A stretch of 64,000 nucleotides of DNA from Candidatus Micrarchaeia archaeon (GCA_041659465.1 JBAZYD010000001.1:4281-68280), one strand, 5' to 3'. Shown: positions 36,882 to 47,169, numbered from the stretch's first letter. The notes: generated by a model from the letters alone, not told the origin. Made by a program: numbers and translations.

Positions 36882-38048
36882 ATGTTCATGAAAAGGGATG
36901 GGCAGGCCGGGGCAATGCCCCTTCTTCGCAGGCTGGTCTCCATAAATTCCGTTTTTCCGCATGAGAGGCAGCTTGCGCTTTTCGCTGCGGCGCACCTCAA
37001 GCGCTGCGGCTGCAGCGTTCGGCTTCAGGAGTTTGCGCCCGGCAGGCACAATGTCATCGCGCAGAAAGGGAGGAGGGAAGGCGCGGTGCTGCTTACCTCG
37101 CACCTGGACACCGTACCGCCTTACAATTACGGGAAGCGCGACCCTTTTTCCCTGAAGGAGGAGGCAGGGCGCATGCGCGGGCTTGGCGCATGGGACATGA
37201 AGGCAGGGCTTGCCCTTGTGCTCAGGTGCGCAGAGGAATGCACCCCTGGAAAGAAGGGGCTGCGGATTGTGCTTACGGCAGACGAGGAGAACATCTCCGA
37301 GGGCACGTGGTTTGCAAAGAAGCAGGGGGAGTTTTCCAACTGCAGCGCTGCCATTTGCCACGAGATACCCGATGCCATAAGGCCTCCGCGCGCAGGTGAG
37401 AGGCCGCCTATCATACTTGGCAGGCGCGGAAGGTGCGTATACAGATTCTCCGTTAACGGCGTGGGCGCGCACGCGGCAGGGGATGGCGGGAAGTCCGCGC
37501 TTGTGCTTGCCATGAGGCTTGCAGCCGCGCTTGAGGCAATCCCGATGCCGGATGGGAAAACAGGCCCGTGCAGGCTGTTTGTGAGGAAATTCTCGTCCGA
37601 GTCCCGCTCGCTTTCAGTGCCCACCGAGGCAGTGCTTGAGGCGGACGTGCACTATGTGCCGCCGTTCACCAAGGAAAGCTTCCTTTCGCACATAAGGAGG
37701 AGCCTCGCGCGCGCAAAGTTCTCCGTGCCTTCCGGCTGCTCATGGGGCGTGGAAATCCCCGCGCGAAAAACCCCTTACCTTCCCGCGTATGAAATAAGGA
37801 AGGAAAGCCCGTCAGCCGCGCGCTTCCTGTCAGCCTACAAAAAGCACATCGGCAGCTACGCGCTTTCCTACGGCCTTACCGTTGCGGATGAGAACGTGCT
37901 TTCGACCGAAGGGAAGAGGATGCCCATAATCACCGTCGGGCTGGAAGGCGGCAGCGCGCACAGCGCAGGCGAATGGGTGTCGAAGAAGGACTACCTGCTT
38001 CTTTGGGCGCGCATGCCGAAAATCGTGCAGGAAATGCTGGACGGATAG
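36882..38048 (+). CDS. M20-family metallopeptidase / deacylase (ArgE/DapE-like)
   Basis: SHLDTVP and GAWDMKAG metal-binding motifs. Confidence 0.75.
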   Translation: MFMKRDGQAGAMPLLRRLVSINSVFPHERQLALFAAAHLKRCGCSVRLQEFAPGRHNVIAQKGRREGAVLLTSHLDTVPPYNYGKRDPFSLKEEAGRMRGLGAWDMKAGLALVLRCAEECTPGKKGLRIVLTADEENISEGTWFAKKQGEFSNCSAAICHEIPDAIRPPRAGERPPIILGRRGRCVYRFSVNGVGAHAAGDGGKSALVLAMRLAAALEAIPMPDGKTGPCRLFVRKFSSESRSLSVPTEAVLEADVHYVPPFTKESFLSHIRRSLARAKFSVPSGCSWGVEIPARKTPYLPAYEIRKESPSAARFLSAYKKHIGSYALSYGLTVADENVLSTEGKRMPIITVGLEGGSAHSAGEWVSKKDYLLLWARMPKIVQEMLDG

Positions 38049-38298
38049 CAAGCAGCAGCGCCAATGGCTAGAACTAGTCTTCTTCTGAATCCTCGGACTC
38101 ATCCCATTGCTTGTCCTCGCGCCAGGGGAACATGAAACCTTGCTGGGGGGAATGGTTTAAAACGGTTTCTAAAAACGCCTGATAGCCGGTGCCGGCGGGA
38201 GCGCGAAGGCGAGCGGGATGGTTGAGAAAGATTGTAAAGCTGAATGGCTGACGAGGTGGTTTATTCTTACGCCCCGACCGTGCGTGGGACTTGATGCC

Positions 38299-38910
38299 CT
38301 ATGCCTCAGCACGCACCTCTGACTTCTGCTTCTTTTGGGCATTCTTGATGCTCACTATTTCTGCAACAACGACGCCCACCATCGGATTAGAGTTCGCATA
38401 GAGGTAGATTTGCCTTTTTGTTTCATTTTGCCAAGTTTCATACAACTTTGGCAAACCTTCTTCTGTAAGAATAGCAACTGTTAGATTGAAGCTTCCAGTA
38501 GAGTATTCTCGCATATCTACTGCAAAAATACCCTGACATTTTTTGAGCTTGTAGTCAGAATAGAGATGAGGGAGACTATCGAGGCCAAACGCTTGTGTGC
38601 CAAGAAACTCTATCCCTGTAAAATTTTCAATAGGGACGCGTTTGCCCATAGAATATTTGTAGTTGAGAGAACGGCTAATGAGATGAGTTTCGCCAGACTT
38701 GTGGCGTGAAAGGTGAGAATCACCGTTGCGTATGTTGTGGGTGAAATATACGTCTCTATTACGAGTAATAATAACTGCACCGGCAGAGTAAGCTTTGTTC
38801 TCACCAAGAGCAACTATTTCAATCCTTATTTGTCGTGGATTTTGGCTCATACGGTTATCCTCCCCATAAAGACACAGAGAAGGGAAGGTTTTTACGGGTT
38901 TTGAACGCAA
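38299..38910 (-). CDS. Hypothetical protein (low-GC island)
   Basis: 203-aa ORF in a ~45% GC region. No recognisable motif. Confidence 0.45.
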   Translation of the reverse strand: MRSKPVKTFPSLCLYGEDNRMSQNPRQIRIEIVALGENKAYSAGAVIITRNRDVYFTHNIRNGDSHLSRHKSGETHLISRSLNYKYSMGKRVPIENFTGIEFLGTQAFGLDSLPHLYSDYKLKKCQGIFAVDMREYSTGSFNLTVAILTEEGLPKLYETWQNETKRQIYLYANSNPMVGVVVAEIVSIKNAQKKQKSEVRAEA

Positions 38911-38917
38911 TCAGCGT

Positions 38918-39460
38918 TTGAGGGCGTGTATGGTTGGTTTGGCTCCTGAAATTGTCATTACTATTTCTTCTGGCTTCTTATGCGGAGGATTCATTCTATT
39001 TCAAGTAGTAATATCTGGCGATTTTACAAAACGCTTTAAAGTGTTTAATTTGGCTGCTCAAAAAGAGATAAACAAGGGATATAGTGGAATAATTACATCT
39101 TTGTCAAAGCTGAAGAATGCACCGATTGAAGACAAGGTACGAAAATTGGAAGCTGCGACTGAGATACTATACATAATTCCAGATTTGCAGAACCAGTTGC
39201 TTGAAGTTGGAAAGAAAACAGTCTGGGCATATCTTCTTTTTTTAGCGGCGCTATTATCAGGCATTATTCAGTTGACAGCTTACATCACTTTAGACCCTGC
39301 TATCCCGTTCTGGTGCCTCATCTTAGGAATCTTGTATAGTGCCACGCTCGGTAAGGATCTTTTTGACCTCAACGCCACAATGATGAAATATGAATCTGGG
39401 AAAACGATGAAGCAAACGCTAAAGGATATTTTGGCTGAACTCGCAGAGGAGGAAGAATAA
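38918..39460 (+). CDS. Hypothetical membrane protein (low-GC island)
   Basis: Three to four predicted TM helices. Orphan. Confidence 0.45.
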   Translation: MRACMVGLAPEIVITISSGFLCGGFILFQVVISGDFTKRFKVFNLAAQKEINKGYSGIITSLSKLKNAPIEDKVRKLEAATEILYIIPDLQNQLLEVGKKTVWAYLLFLAALLSGIIQLTAYITLDPAIPFWCLILGILYSATLGKDLFDLNATMMKYESGKTMKQTLKDILAELAEEEE

Positions 39461-39477
39461 CTACTTGGTGATTTTGC

Positions 39478-40482
39478 ATGGCTGGAAAGAAAAAGCAAAG
39501 CAAGCCAAAACCCGCAAGACAGATGCCGCAAGTTCCACCTGCCACTCCAACAACTGAACCAATCCCCGAATATCAAAATATACTTCAAAATATACTCAAT
39601 AGCTTGCAAGCAATGGCACCTGACAAAAAAAACAGCCGGATGGATAGAGAGATTCAATTTGCAAATATCTACATGGTTACTGGGAGCCTATTGTTTCTTG
39701 CGTTTATTTCAGCTCTGACGATTCCAGCCCAAAAAGATTCGAGATGGGTTTACAATTTTCATCAAATAGCATACTTAATGTATGGAACCTTTCCTGTTGC
39801 ATTACTATCACTATATCTTGGTTTTAAACACCTATCAAATGCGGAAGAGATTGAAAAAAAGATTAGAGACCATAAAAGTTTTTATGAGAAATTCCCAGAT
39901 GCAATCGTTCTTTTTTGGAACTTGTTAGTAACCGCGGCTGTTATTTTCATTATTGTGGTTTGTGTATTTCTTGTATTAACTGTGGTTAGTTTATTGCTGT
40001 CGATGCTCGCCGAATTTTTAATGTCCCCTGGTTTTAATTTTTCTATATCTTTAACTTCGATATTAACATCAATTGAGGCATATTCCAAAGACTTTGTGGT
40101 GTATTTCTTTCAAATATTCATCACACTTGTTGTATTGGGCGGAGTCACTATTGTAGCTGTTATTCCGGCTATTATTGGACTCGCGGTAATCCATTTCGGT
40201 TCAGGCCTATTAGAAGAAGTTGCATCAATTAAGCAAGGTGAACTTATGGAATTAGTGGTGTTTATTGTTGGCATTGTGATTCTATTGCCAGCAATAGGTA
40301 ATCTATTGGGTCTTCATGATTGGGGGAGTTGGATAAATCCAAATAATGTTGTCTCATTCGTATTTTTTCTAAATCTTGATGACCCATATCATTTGACAGT
40401 TATTGGACTGATAGTTAGTCTAACGATTATGGTTATTGCTGGCGTTCACTCAAGAGCCGAATTAAAAACAGACCCAATATAA
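39478..40482 (+). CDS. Hypothetical polytopic membrane protein (low-GC island)
   Basis: A Lys/Pro-rich N-terminus followed by at least seven hydrophobic helices. Confidence 0.5.
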   Translation: MAGKKKQSKPKPARQMPQVPPATPTTEPIPEYQNILQNILNSLQAMAPDKKNSRMDREIQFANIYMVTGSLLFLAFISALTIPAQKDSRWVYNFHQIAYLMYGTFPVALLSLYLGFKHLSNAEEIEKKIRDHKSFYEKFPDAIVLFWNLLVTAAVIFIIVVCVFLVLTVVSLLLSMLAEFLMSPGFNFSISLTSILTSIEAYSKDFVVYFFQIFITLVVLGGVTIVAVIPAIIGLAVIHFGSGLLEEVASIKQGELMELVVFIVGIVILLPAIGNLLGLHDWGSWINPNNVVSFVFFLNLDDPYHLTVIGLIVSLTIMVIAGVHSRAELKTDPI

Positions 40483-40495
40483 GCCAAACATTTTT

Positions 40496-40939
40496 TTAAA
40501 CCGATTTCGGCGCAGGTGTTTGCTCATTTTTTGATTCCTTGTAAGTCAGAGTTAACTTGTAGTGGATAGTGTTCACACACCTACGGCCTATTTTTCTCCC
40601 CTTGGGCGTGCCTTCGTCTCCATGGCACACTATAAAACCCTCCTTTTCAGTTTGCTTGGAACCTGTCATCGCGCTGATTGCGAAGTCGATTTCATATCCT
40701 CCACGACGACAAGACGGATTACTACACCGTAAGAGTCCCCCTCGTTCTTTGATGGAAACTTGGCGGTCATATTTACGTTTTTTTTCCTCTTCGGATTGAT
40801 ATTGTTCATAAGTTCCATAGCCAGTTTCGCGATATTCGAGTATCGCATCTTCTAGCGCTGGGAATGCTTTATCAAATGTAGTTAACTCTCCAAAAACTCT
40901 CATGCTCCTATCCATAGGTTCTCCCATAAAGACCCCCAT
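40496..40939 (-). CDS. Hypothetical protein with a Cys cluster (CSNPSC...CHGDEG...C) (low-GC island)
   Basis: 147-aa ORF with a possible zinc-binding arrangement. Confidence 0.4.
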   Translation of the reverse strand: MGVFMGEPMDRSMRVFGELTTFDKAFPALEDAILEYRETGYGTYEQYQSEEEKKRKYDRQVSIKERGGLLRCSNPSCRRGGYEIDFAISAMTGSKQTEKEGFIVCHGDEGTPKGRKIGRRCVNTIHYKLTLTYKESKNEQTPAPKSV

Positions 40940-40944
40940 ATTTG

Positions 40945-41568
40945 CTACCTTGGCTCTCTAATTAAACTTCTTTCCAATATCTTTGTATAGCTCAGAAACA
41001 TCAATAAAATAATAAAGAAGCCGGAAACAAATCCATCGACTAAAATATTGGAATTGTAAGTAATAGCGATGACGAAGAAAAGGAAGATTCCGCCCCATAT
41101 AGATAGGGACATTCTTTTTGAGTTACTAGAATCTAGAGGGTCGTTTTGACTGAGCAATTTGGAGATATATGCATCTAGTTTTTTCACAGCTCTCGTAGAA
41201 GAGGCTATCTTGAACTGTTTATGTACAAATTTATGTCTCATTTTTGCATATATGAGCCCTTGGGCTGGAATAAATGGGATTAATTCTAATAAAATCCAAA
41301 TCAAGGTATATATCAACACCATCGAATGGATGGCAGAACTTGAAGCGGACGGGTCACCCGCCCACGCTCCTTGAAGTTTAGAGAGCGCATCAACCACAAG
41401 TAGTATTATGCCAAGAACAGCAACGAAAACCCCCATTTGCTGATAGGTAGAGTCAGTGAGAAGATTTGTAGTGAAGTCGCCTTGAGAAAGAAGAGCTTCA
41501 AAAGCATTCTTGTCCTTTGGCATCTTTAAAGATTGAGTTTGACCTCTCTTTGCTTTTGTTTTAGCCAT
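40945..41568 (-). CDS. Hypothetical membrane protein (low-GC island)
   Basis: Four predicted TM helices and a basic N-terminus. Confidence 0.45.
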   Translation of the reverse strand: MAKTKAKRGQTQSLKMPKDKNAFEALLSQGDFTTNLLTDSTYQQMGVFVAVLGIILLVVDALSKLQGAWAGDPSASSSAIHSMVLIYTLIWILLELIPFIPAQGLIYAKMRHKFVHKQFKIASSTRAVKKLDAYISKLLSQNDPLDSSNSKRMSLSIWGGIFLFFVIAITYNSNILVDGFVSGFFIILLMFLSYTKILERSLIREPR

Positions 41569-41696
41569 TTACTCTCCCTTCTGCGTGTGGGCTTCCGAAC
41601 CATAAAAACCTTCCCTATGCGAGCTGGCAGCCATGCCACCGAGCAATATTTGTCCCTACCTTTACGGCGAGAAGATAGCTTTTTAACGGCTTATGT

Positions 41697-42062
41697 GTGA
41701 TGGGGCATGGAGGTCATTTTATGGCGGATGAAAAAAGAATTGAGATAGTAGCCGCTCCGAAAGATTTTTTCGCAGTGGTGTGCATAGAGGAAGATACTGA
41801 CGATGGAAAAAAAGTAATGGATTATGAAATTCGCCCTGTCCTGTTTTTCAGATGGGAATGTGTTGAAGAATATTCCAAAGTAGACGAAAGTGAATACATA
41901 CCGATTCTGTTGGTGAACAACCGCGTAGTTTCCGAACCAGCGTCAAATGAAGCGGTTAGTTTTTTCGGGAGTTATGAGAAATGTAAAACAGAAGTTGCCC
42001 AGCTCTATGCAAATGCAGTAAAGGAAGAAGAGTCCGAGACTGTTTCTTCCCCTTCCGATTAA
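41697..42062 (+). CDS. Hypothetical acidic protein (low-GC island)
   Basis: 121-aa ORF with no recognisable motif. Confidence 0.4.
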   Translation: MMGHGGHFMADEKRIEIVAAPKDFFAVVCIEEDTDDGKKVMDYEIRPVLFFRWECVEEYSKVDESEYIPILLVNNRVVSEPASNEAVSFFGSYEKCKTEVAQLYANAVKEEESETVSSPSD

Positions 42063-42130
42063 CCCGTCACAGACCAAAGCAGGCAAACACCGCCTCAAGC
42101 AAGAAAAAAGAGCTGGAGATGCCAGACTTG

Positions 42131-43198
42131 TCAACCCTTCTTCTTCACCATCCCCTTCACCGCGCCCTTGAGGACAGCTATCGCGCGCTTGTAATCCGCG
42201 ATGTCTATCACTTCGTTGGGCGTGTGGTCGAGCGCGGAGTCGCCAGGCCCGTAGGCGATTGTGGGGATGCCCGCGTGTATGGTGATGTTCATGTCCGCGC
42301 TTCCGCTCTTCTTCACGTAGCGCGGGGAGAGCGCGCACTCGCGCATGGAGGCGACCATTGCGCGGCAGAGCGCGTGGTTGGGGTCGGTCTCCACGCCCGG
42401 AAGGCTTTCGTGCACCTGCACGGACACGGACGAGGGCGCAAGCGAGCGGAAGGTGCGCGTGACATCGCTGTTCCGTATGGACGGGGGCACGCGCACGTCT
42501 ATCACGAAGTCAAGCGTTGCAGGGACCACGTTTATGGCATCGCGCGAGCCGCCTGCTATCTGGGTGAGGTTCATGATGACGCTGTCAAAGTTGTTCTTGT
42601 GCGCTGGGTAGGTGGCGCGAAGGCGCTGGTAGTATTCTATTGTGCGCTCAATGGGGTTTTCCGACGCCATGCCTGCGTGAGAGGACTTGCCGTGCGTGCG
42701 GCACTCCACCACAAGCCTTCCCTTGTAGGCTATGGTTATTCCATTAGTGTTGGATGGCTCGCCGTTTATTGCCATTTTTGGCTTGGCATAGGTGAGAAGG
42801 TGGCGGATGCCCTTTGAGGTGGGCGCCTCTTCCTCTGTCACGCCTGCCACCATTATCTTGAGAGGGGAGCTGCAGCTCTCTGCGCCTGCCGTGAGAAGCG
42901 CGGCAAGCGGGGATTTGGCATCCACTGCGCCCCTGCCGTATATCTTGCCCTCCGCGCGCTTGTAGGGCATGGGGTCTGATATGGTGTCCATGTGCCCAAA
43001 GAGTAGGAGGTCTGGCGAGTCGCCTTTCTGGTGAGGGTAGTTTGTGGCAACTGCGTTGCCTGCTGCGTCAATCCACACTTTTTCAAAGGGGAACTGTTTG
43101 AGGTACGACTCACAGAGCTTTGCCACCTTTTGCTCCTGCCCTGATGGGCTGGGGGTGGAGACAAGGGAGGCGAGAAAGTCCACGGAGTCTGGTTTCAT
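42131..43198 (-). CDS. lysK: [LysW]-lysine/ornithine hydrolase (M20-family ArgE/LysK-like deacylase)
   Basis: M20 motifs GHMDTI and GAVDAK. It is the last gene of the lysW-X-Y-Z-J-K block, with a 4-bp overlap with lysJ. Confidence 0.75.
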   Translation of the reverse strand: MKPDSVDFLASLVSTPSPSGQEQKVAKLCESYLKQFPFEKVWIDAAGNAVATNYPHQKGDSPDLLLFGHMDTISDPMPYKRAEGKIYGRGAVDAKSPLAALLTAGAESCSSPLKIMVAGVTEEEAPTSKGIRHLLTYAKPKMAINGEPSNTNGITIAYKGRLVVECRTHGKSSHAGMASENPIERTIEYYQRLRATYPAHKNNFDSVIMNLTQIAGGSRDAINVVPATLDFVIDVRVPPSIRNSDVTRTFRSLAPSSVSVQVHESLPGVETDPNHALCRAMVASMRECALSPRYVKKSGSADMNITIHAGIPTIAYGPGDSALDHTPNEVIDIADYKRAIAVLKGAVKGMVKKKG

Positions 43199-44376
43199 TG
43201 GATGACCTCGGAGATTGTTGCGGCAACACTGTCCAGTGAGCCACGCGAGATGATGTAGGGCGGAAGCAGCCGCACCACCTGCTCGCCGGCGGGAAGCGCA
43301 AGCACTCCTTTTTGAAGGAGTGCTGCAAGGGGCTCTCTTGCCATTATCTTGAGCTCAATTGCCATCATGAAGCCCATGCCGCGCACCTCGCGGAACTGGG
43401 ATTTTGAGGAAAGGGAGGCGGACAGTTTTTGCATCATGTATTTGCCGTCCTCGCTCACTTTTTGCAGCAGCTTGTCCTTTTCAATGGTGTCAAGCACGGC
43501 ATTTGCCGCTGCTGCGGCAAGAGGGTTGCCGCCAAAGGTGCTGCCGTGCTCAAGCGGCGTGAAGGCGGCAACTTCTTCTGCCGCGATTGTGGCGCCTATG
43601 GGCACTCCGCCGCCAAGCCCTTTTGCTAGGCATACTATGTCAGGGCGGATGCCGAAGTGCTCGAATGCGAAGAATTTGCCTGTCCTGCCGCTGCCTGTCT
43701 GTACTTCATCGCAGATGAGAAGCGCGCCCTTGTCAGTGCAGATGTCGCGCGCCGCCTTCATGTACTCGGATGTTGCTGGGCGGATGCCGCCCTCGCCCTG
43801 TATGGGCTCAAGTATGAGTGCGGCTGTTTCGGAAGTCACTGTAGTTTTGAGGGACTCCATGTCATTGAAGCGCGTTCGCACCACTGGACCAAGCAGTGGC
43901 TCGAAGGGGGCGCGGTATTTTTCCTTGAAGGTGACTGAAAGCGCGCCTGAGGAGCGGCCGTGGAATGCGTTCATTGCCGCTGTGAATGCCTTCCTGCCGG
44001 TTTTCTTGCGGGCAAGCTTGAGCGCGGCTTCTATTGACTCGGTGCCGCTGTTGCAGAGGAATACCTTGCTGGGAGTGCCGAAAAGCATGCTGAGGCGCTC
44101 AAGTAGGCGAGCGCGCTCAGTGTTGGCGAATGGCGACTGGCAGGTCATGAGTTTGCTTGCTTGGGAGCTTACTGCTGAGACAACTGCGGGGTGGTTGTGC
44201 CCCATGATGGCAACGCCCACGCCGGTGTTGCAGTCTATGTAGCGCTTGCCCTCTATGTCCCAGACGAATTCCTTTTCGCCCCGCTCCAAAGCAATGCCGC
44301 GCTTGCCGTAGAGGTTCATTTCGTATTTGAGCTCCTGTGCGCATAGTTCTTGATTGTTCATAGTACCACGTTCCAT
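43195..44376 (-). CDS. lysJ: [LysW]-aminoadipate-semialdehyde / acetylornithine aminotransferase (class-III PLP)
   Basis: The class-III aminotransferase signature CDEVQTGSGRTGKFFAFEHFGIRPDIVCLAKGLGGG, including the PLP-binding lysine. Confidence 0.85.
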   Translation of the reverse strand: MERGTMNNQELCAQELKYEMNLYGKRGIALERGEKEFVWDIEGKRYIDCNTGVGVAIMGHNHPAVVSAVSSQASKLMTCQSPFANTERARLLERLSMLFGTPSKVFLCNSGTESIEAALKLARKKTGRKAFTAAMNAFHGRSSGALSVTFKEKYRAPFEPLLGPVVRTRFNDMESLKTTVTSETAALILEPIQGEGGIRPATSEYMKAARDICTDKGALLICDEVQTGSGRTGKFFAFEHFGIRPDIVCLAKGLGGGVPIGATIAAEEVAAFTPLEHGSTFGGNPLAAAAANAVLDTIEKDKLLQKVSEDGKYMMQKLSASLSSKSQFREVRGMGFMMAIELKIMAREPLAALLQKGVLALPAGEQVVRLLPPYIISRGSLDSVAATISEVIQ

Positions 44377-44379
44377 TCC

Positions 44380-45174
44380 TCATTTCACGAAATGCGTGCC
44401 TGCGCCTGCTAGCGCGCTTGTTGCCGGCTTGTCTTTTGTGCCGCTGCAGATTATCACTTCAGGCACGCTGCCGGACAAAGCCTCGGACACTGCAACGAGC
44501 TTGCGCTTCATGCCTGCGGAGGCGCCTTTTTGGAAGTCCGGTATCTCCGCACTGGTGGCTCGCGCCACCAGGTCGTTGGGGAAGTTGCGGAAATAGCCTT
44601 CCACGTCTGTGAAAAGGATAAGCTTTTGCGCCTTGAGGGAACTGGCGATTGCCGCTGCTGCGCGGTCGCCGTCCACGTTCAGGGGCTCGAACTCTTCTCC
44701 TAGTGCAATGGGAGCTACAATGGGAACGAACCCGCGCTCAAGGAGCGCAAGGAGTGGCGAGGCGTCTATGCGGGAGATTTTGCCTGAGTAGTCGTCGCGC
44801 ACCATGCGCTCCTTGCCGTTTTCCACGCTTATGAGGATTTTGCGCTTTGCGTGCACTATTCCGCTGGCGCCTGAGACGCCCACTGCGTTCACGCCGGCTT
44901 TTCTGAGCTGGAGCACAAGGGACGTGTTCACCCCGCCCCCTACTGCCATCACGAAGTTTTGCATTGTTTGCTTGTCAGTGTGGCGGGACTTGAAGCCATC
45001 TTTTGAGTAAATGTAAGTGGGCTCCCTGCCGGATGCTTTCTCAAGCGCGGACACTTGGGGACCGCCGCCGTGCACGAGCACGATTTTTTCGCCGGAGGAA
45101 ACGAGGGAGGCTATGTCTGAGGCAAGTGCTGACGCATTGTCTGCCATGCTGCCACCGATTTTCAGTACAAGCAT
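44380..45174 (-). CDS. lysZ: [LysW]-aminoadipate / acetylglutamate kinase (amino-acid kinase family)
   Basis: MLVLKIGGS...VLVHGGGPQ...NVDGD motifs of the ArgB/LysZ family. Confidence 0.82.
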   Translation of the reverse strand: MLVLKIGGSMADNASALASDIASLVSSGEKIVLVHGGGPQVSALEKASGREPTYIYSKDGFKSRHTDKQTMQNFVMAVGGGVNTSLVLQLRKAGVNAVGVSGASGIVHAKRKILISVENGKERMVRDDYSGKISRIDASPLLALLERGFVPIVAPIALGEEFEPLNVDGDRAAAAIASSLKAQKLILFTDVEGYFRNFPNDLVARATSAEIPDFQKGASAGMKRKLVAVSEALSGSVPEVIICSGTKDKPATSALAGAGTHFVK

Positions 45175-45259
45175 AATAGCACCTATTGCTGCGCCCCTAT
45201 CGCGCGGCTGCATGGAATGCTGCCGCCTATTTTTAGCACAAGCATTAGAACACCGGAAA

Positions 45260-46312
45260 CTAGAGCGGGTGGAAGCCGGGCTGCCAGAGCCCGAGCTTTT
45301 CGTCAAAGCCGTTCATGAGGTTGAAGCACTGCAGCGCCTGGCCGCCGCTTCCCTTCACAAGGTTGTCTATCGCGCTCATGAGTATTATCCTCTTTTTCTC
45401 AGGGTCGATTTCAAAGCCCAGGTCGGCAAAATTGGTGCCAACCACTGGCTTGGGCTCGGGGTAGCGGTAGAGCGTGTCCTTGTCCTTTACTATGCGCACG
45501 AAGGGAGAGCCTGTGTAGAAGCTGCGGTAGGCCTTCCAGATGTCCACGTCCTTTGCCTCCTGGGGAAGGGAAGCGTGCACTGTGGACATGATGCCGCGCA
45601 CCATTTCAATCCCGTGGGGGGTCATGCCAACGGATATCGGCGAGCCGGCTATTTCGGAAAGCTCCTGCTCAATTTCCGCAGTGTGGCGGTGCCCGTGCGG
45701 CTTGTAGGAGCGCACTGTCCCGCTCCTCTCAGGGTGGTGCGTGGAAATGTCAAACGAGGCGCCGCCTGCTGCAGAGCCGATTTTGCTGTCCGCGATTATG
45801 CCTTCCGTTGCAATGAGCTTGTTCTTTATGAGGGGGGCAAGCGGAAGGATGATGGATGTTGCAAGGCAGCCTGCGCATGCCACGAGCTTTGCAGAGCGGA
45901 TTTTCTCGCGGTGGAGCTCGGGTATTCCGTACACTGCCTTGTCAAGAAGCTCTGGCGCTGGGTGCTCCTGGTAGTATTTTGCATAGGTGTCCTTGTTGTG
46001 CAGGCGGAAGTCAGCGGACAGGTCGATTATCTTGGCGCCTGTTTCCCAGAACTGCTTCACGTAGGGCGAGGCAGCCTTGTGGGGCGTGCAGATGAAAACG
46101 GCGTCAATGTCTATAGACAGCTGCTTGACCGGCACAAATGCAAGTGAGGTGAAGCCCCTTAGATTTGGGTTGAGTTTCGTTGCCGCTTGCCCTGCAAAGC
46201 GCTCGGAAGTAATCTGCGATACCTCTATCTCAGGATGCATAAGCGCCCAGCGAAGGAGCTCGCCCCCTGTGTAGCCTGATGCGCCGATGATTGCGATTTT
46301 CTTTTTGGCCAT
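45260..46312 (-). CDS. lysY: [LysW]-aminoadipyl-phosphate / N-acetyl-gamma-glutamyl-phosphate reductase
   Basis: IAIIGASGYTGGEL and the active-site region GCLATSIILPL (ArgC/LysY). Confidence 0.85.
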   Translation of the reverse strand: MAKKKIAIIGASGYTGGELLRWALMHPEIEVSQITSERFAGQAATKLNPNLRGFTSLAFVPVKQLSIDIDAVFICTPHKAASPYVKQFWETGAKIIDLSADFRLHNKDTYAKYYQEHPAPELLDKAVYGIPELHREKIRSAKLVACAGCLATSIILPLAPLIKNKLIATEGIIADSKIGSAAGGASFDISTHHPERSGTVRSYKPHGHRHTAEIEQELSEIAGSPISVGMTPHGIEMVRGIMSTVHASLPQEAKDVDIWKAYRSFYTGSPFVRIVKDKDTLYRYPEPKPVVGTNFADLGFEIDPEKKRIILMSAIDNLVKGSGGQALQCFNLMNGFDEKLGLWQPGFHPL

Positions 46313-46317
46313 AAACG

Positions 46318-47169
46318 TTACCTCTTTGCGCGCTTTATGAAGTACTCAATCATTTTGTCCCCAATGTCCACGCCCGTGACAGGCGAGGAGTTGCGGAATT
46401 CAGTGGTGTGGTTCACTTCATGCACCACCATGCCGTTTGAGGATTCCATCAAGTCCACGCCGTAAATGCCTTCGTCGAGGAAGGAAACCGCCTTGAGGGA
46501 AAGCTCGCGAAGCTCGGGCGTTACCGGGCAGTTGCTTGCCGTGCCGCCCCTGCCGGTGTTTGTAATCCAGCCTGATTTCTCGGTGGAATGACGGTAGATT
46601 GCGGCAATCACCTCGTTTCCCACCACGAATGCGCGGATGTCCCTGCCAGGCTTGTTGATGTGCTCCTGGAGGTAATAGACTTTTTGCGAAGGGCTGCCCA
46701 TTTCCTCGCGCGATTCAAGCGCAGCGTCAAGGGCGTCCTTGTCGTTGATTTTGTGCACCATGCGCGCCCACGAGCCGGTTGTAGGCTTCATCACAAGGGG
46801 AAAGCCTAGCTTCTCCGCAGCCTGCCTTGCGGTTTCGGGCGTAAGCGCCACATATGTCTTGGGGGTGGGAACACCTGCTGCCGCAAGCTCTATTGATGTT
46901 ATCATCTTGTCCCCGCAGATGCGCGCGGCATCATAGGAGTTCATCATGAGCGTGCCCTGCTTCTCAAAGTAGTAGGTGAGCGCCTGGCTGCGGGAGTATG
47001 AGACTGAGCGCTGGAGGATGGCGTCGTATTCCTTCTTCTTGTTCCCAGTAATCGCAAGCAGCGCCTCGCCGTCCACAATGCGCTCAAGTTCCGCCCCGCG
47101 CTTTTTCGCGGAGTCAAAAAGCATCTTGTTCTCGGCAGAGACTATGGTGTAGCATAGGGCTAGCTTCAT
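46318..47169 (-). CDS. lysX: RimK-type ATP-grasp ligase (LysX/ArgX paralogue 2): [carrier protein]-amino acid ligase
   Basis: ATP-grasp fold motifs MKPTTGSWARMV and DLMESSNGMVVHEVNHTTEF. It lies immediately downstream of the second lysW. Confidence 0.78.
   Translation of the reverse strand: MKLALCYTIVSAENKMLFDSAKKRGAELERIVDGEALLAITGNKKKEYDAILQRSVSYSRSQALTYYFEKQGTLMMNSYDAARICGDKMITSIELAAAGVPTPKTYVALTPETARQAAEKLGFPLVMKPTTGSWARMVHKINDKDALDAALESREEMGSPSQKVYYLQEHINKPGRDIRAFVVGNEVIAAIYRHSTEKSGWITNTGRGGTASNCPVTPELRELSLKAVSFLDEGIYGVDLMESSNGMVVHEVNHTTEFRNSSPVTGVDIGDKMIEYFIKRAKR

Noticed and set aside
36810-37624. Minus-strand ORFs antisense to the M20 peptidase gene (36810..37472, 37127..37624)
   Set aside because: The sense-strand product has canonical M20 metal-binding motifs. 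The antisense frames are Ala/Arg/Pro-rich.
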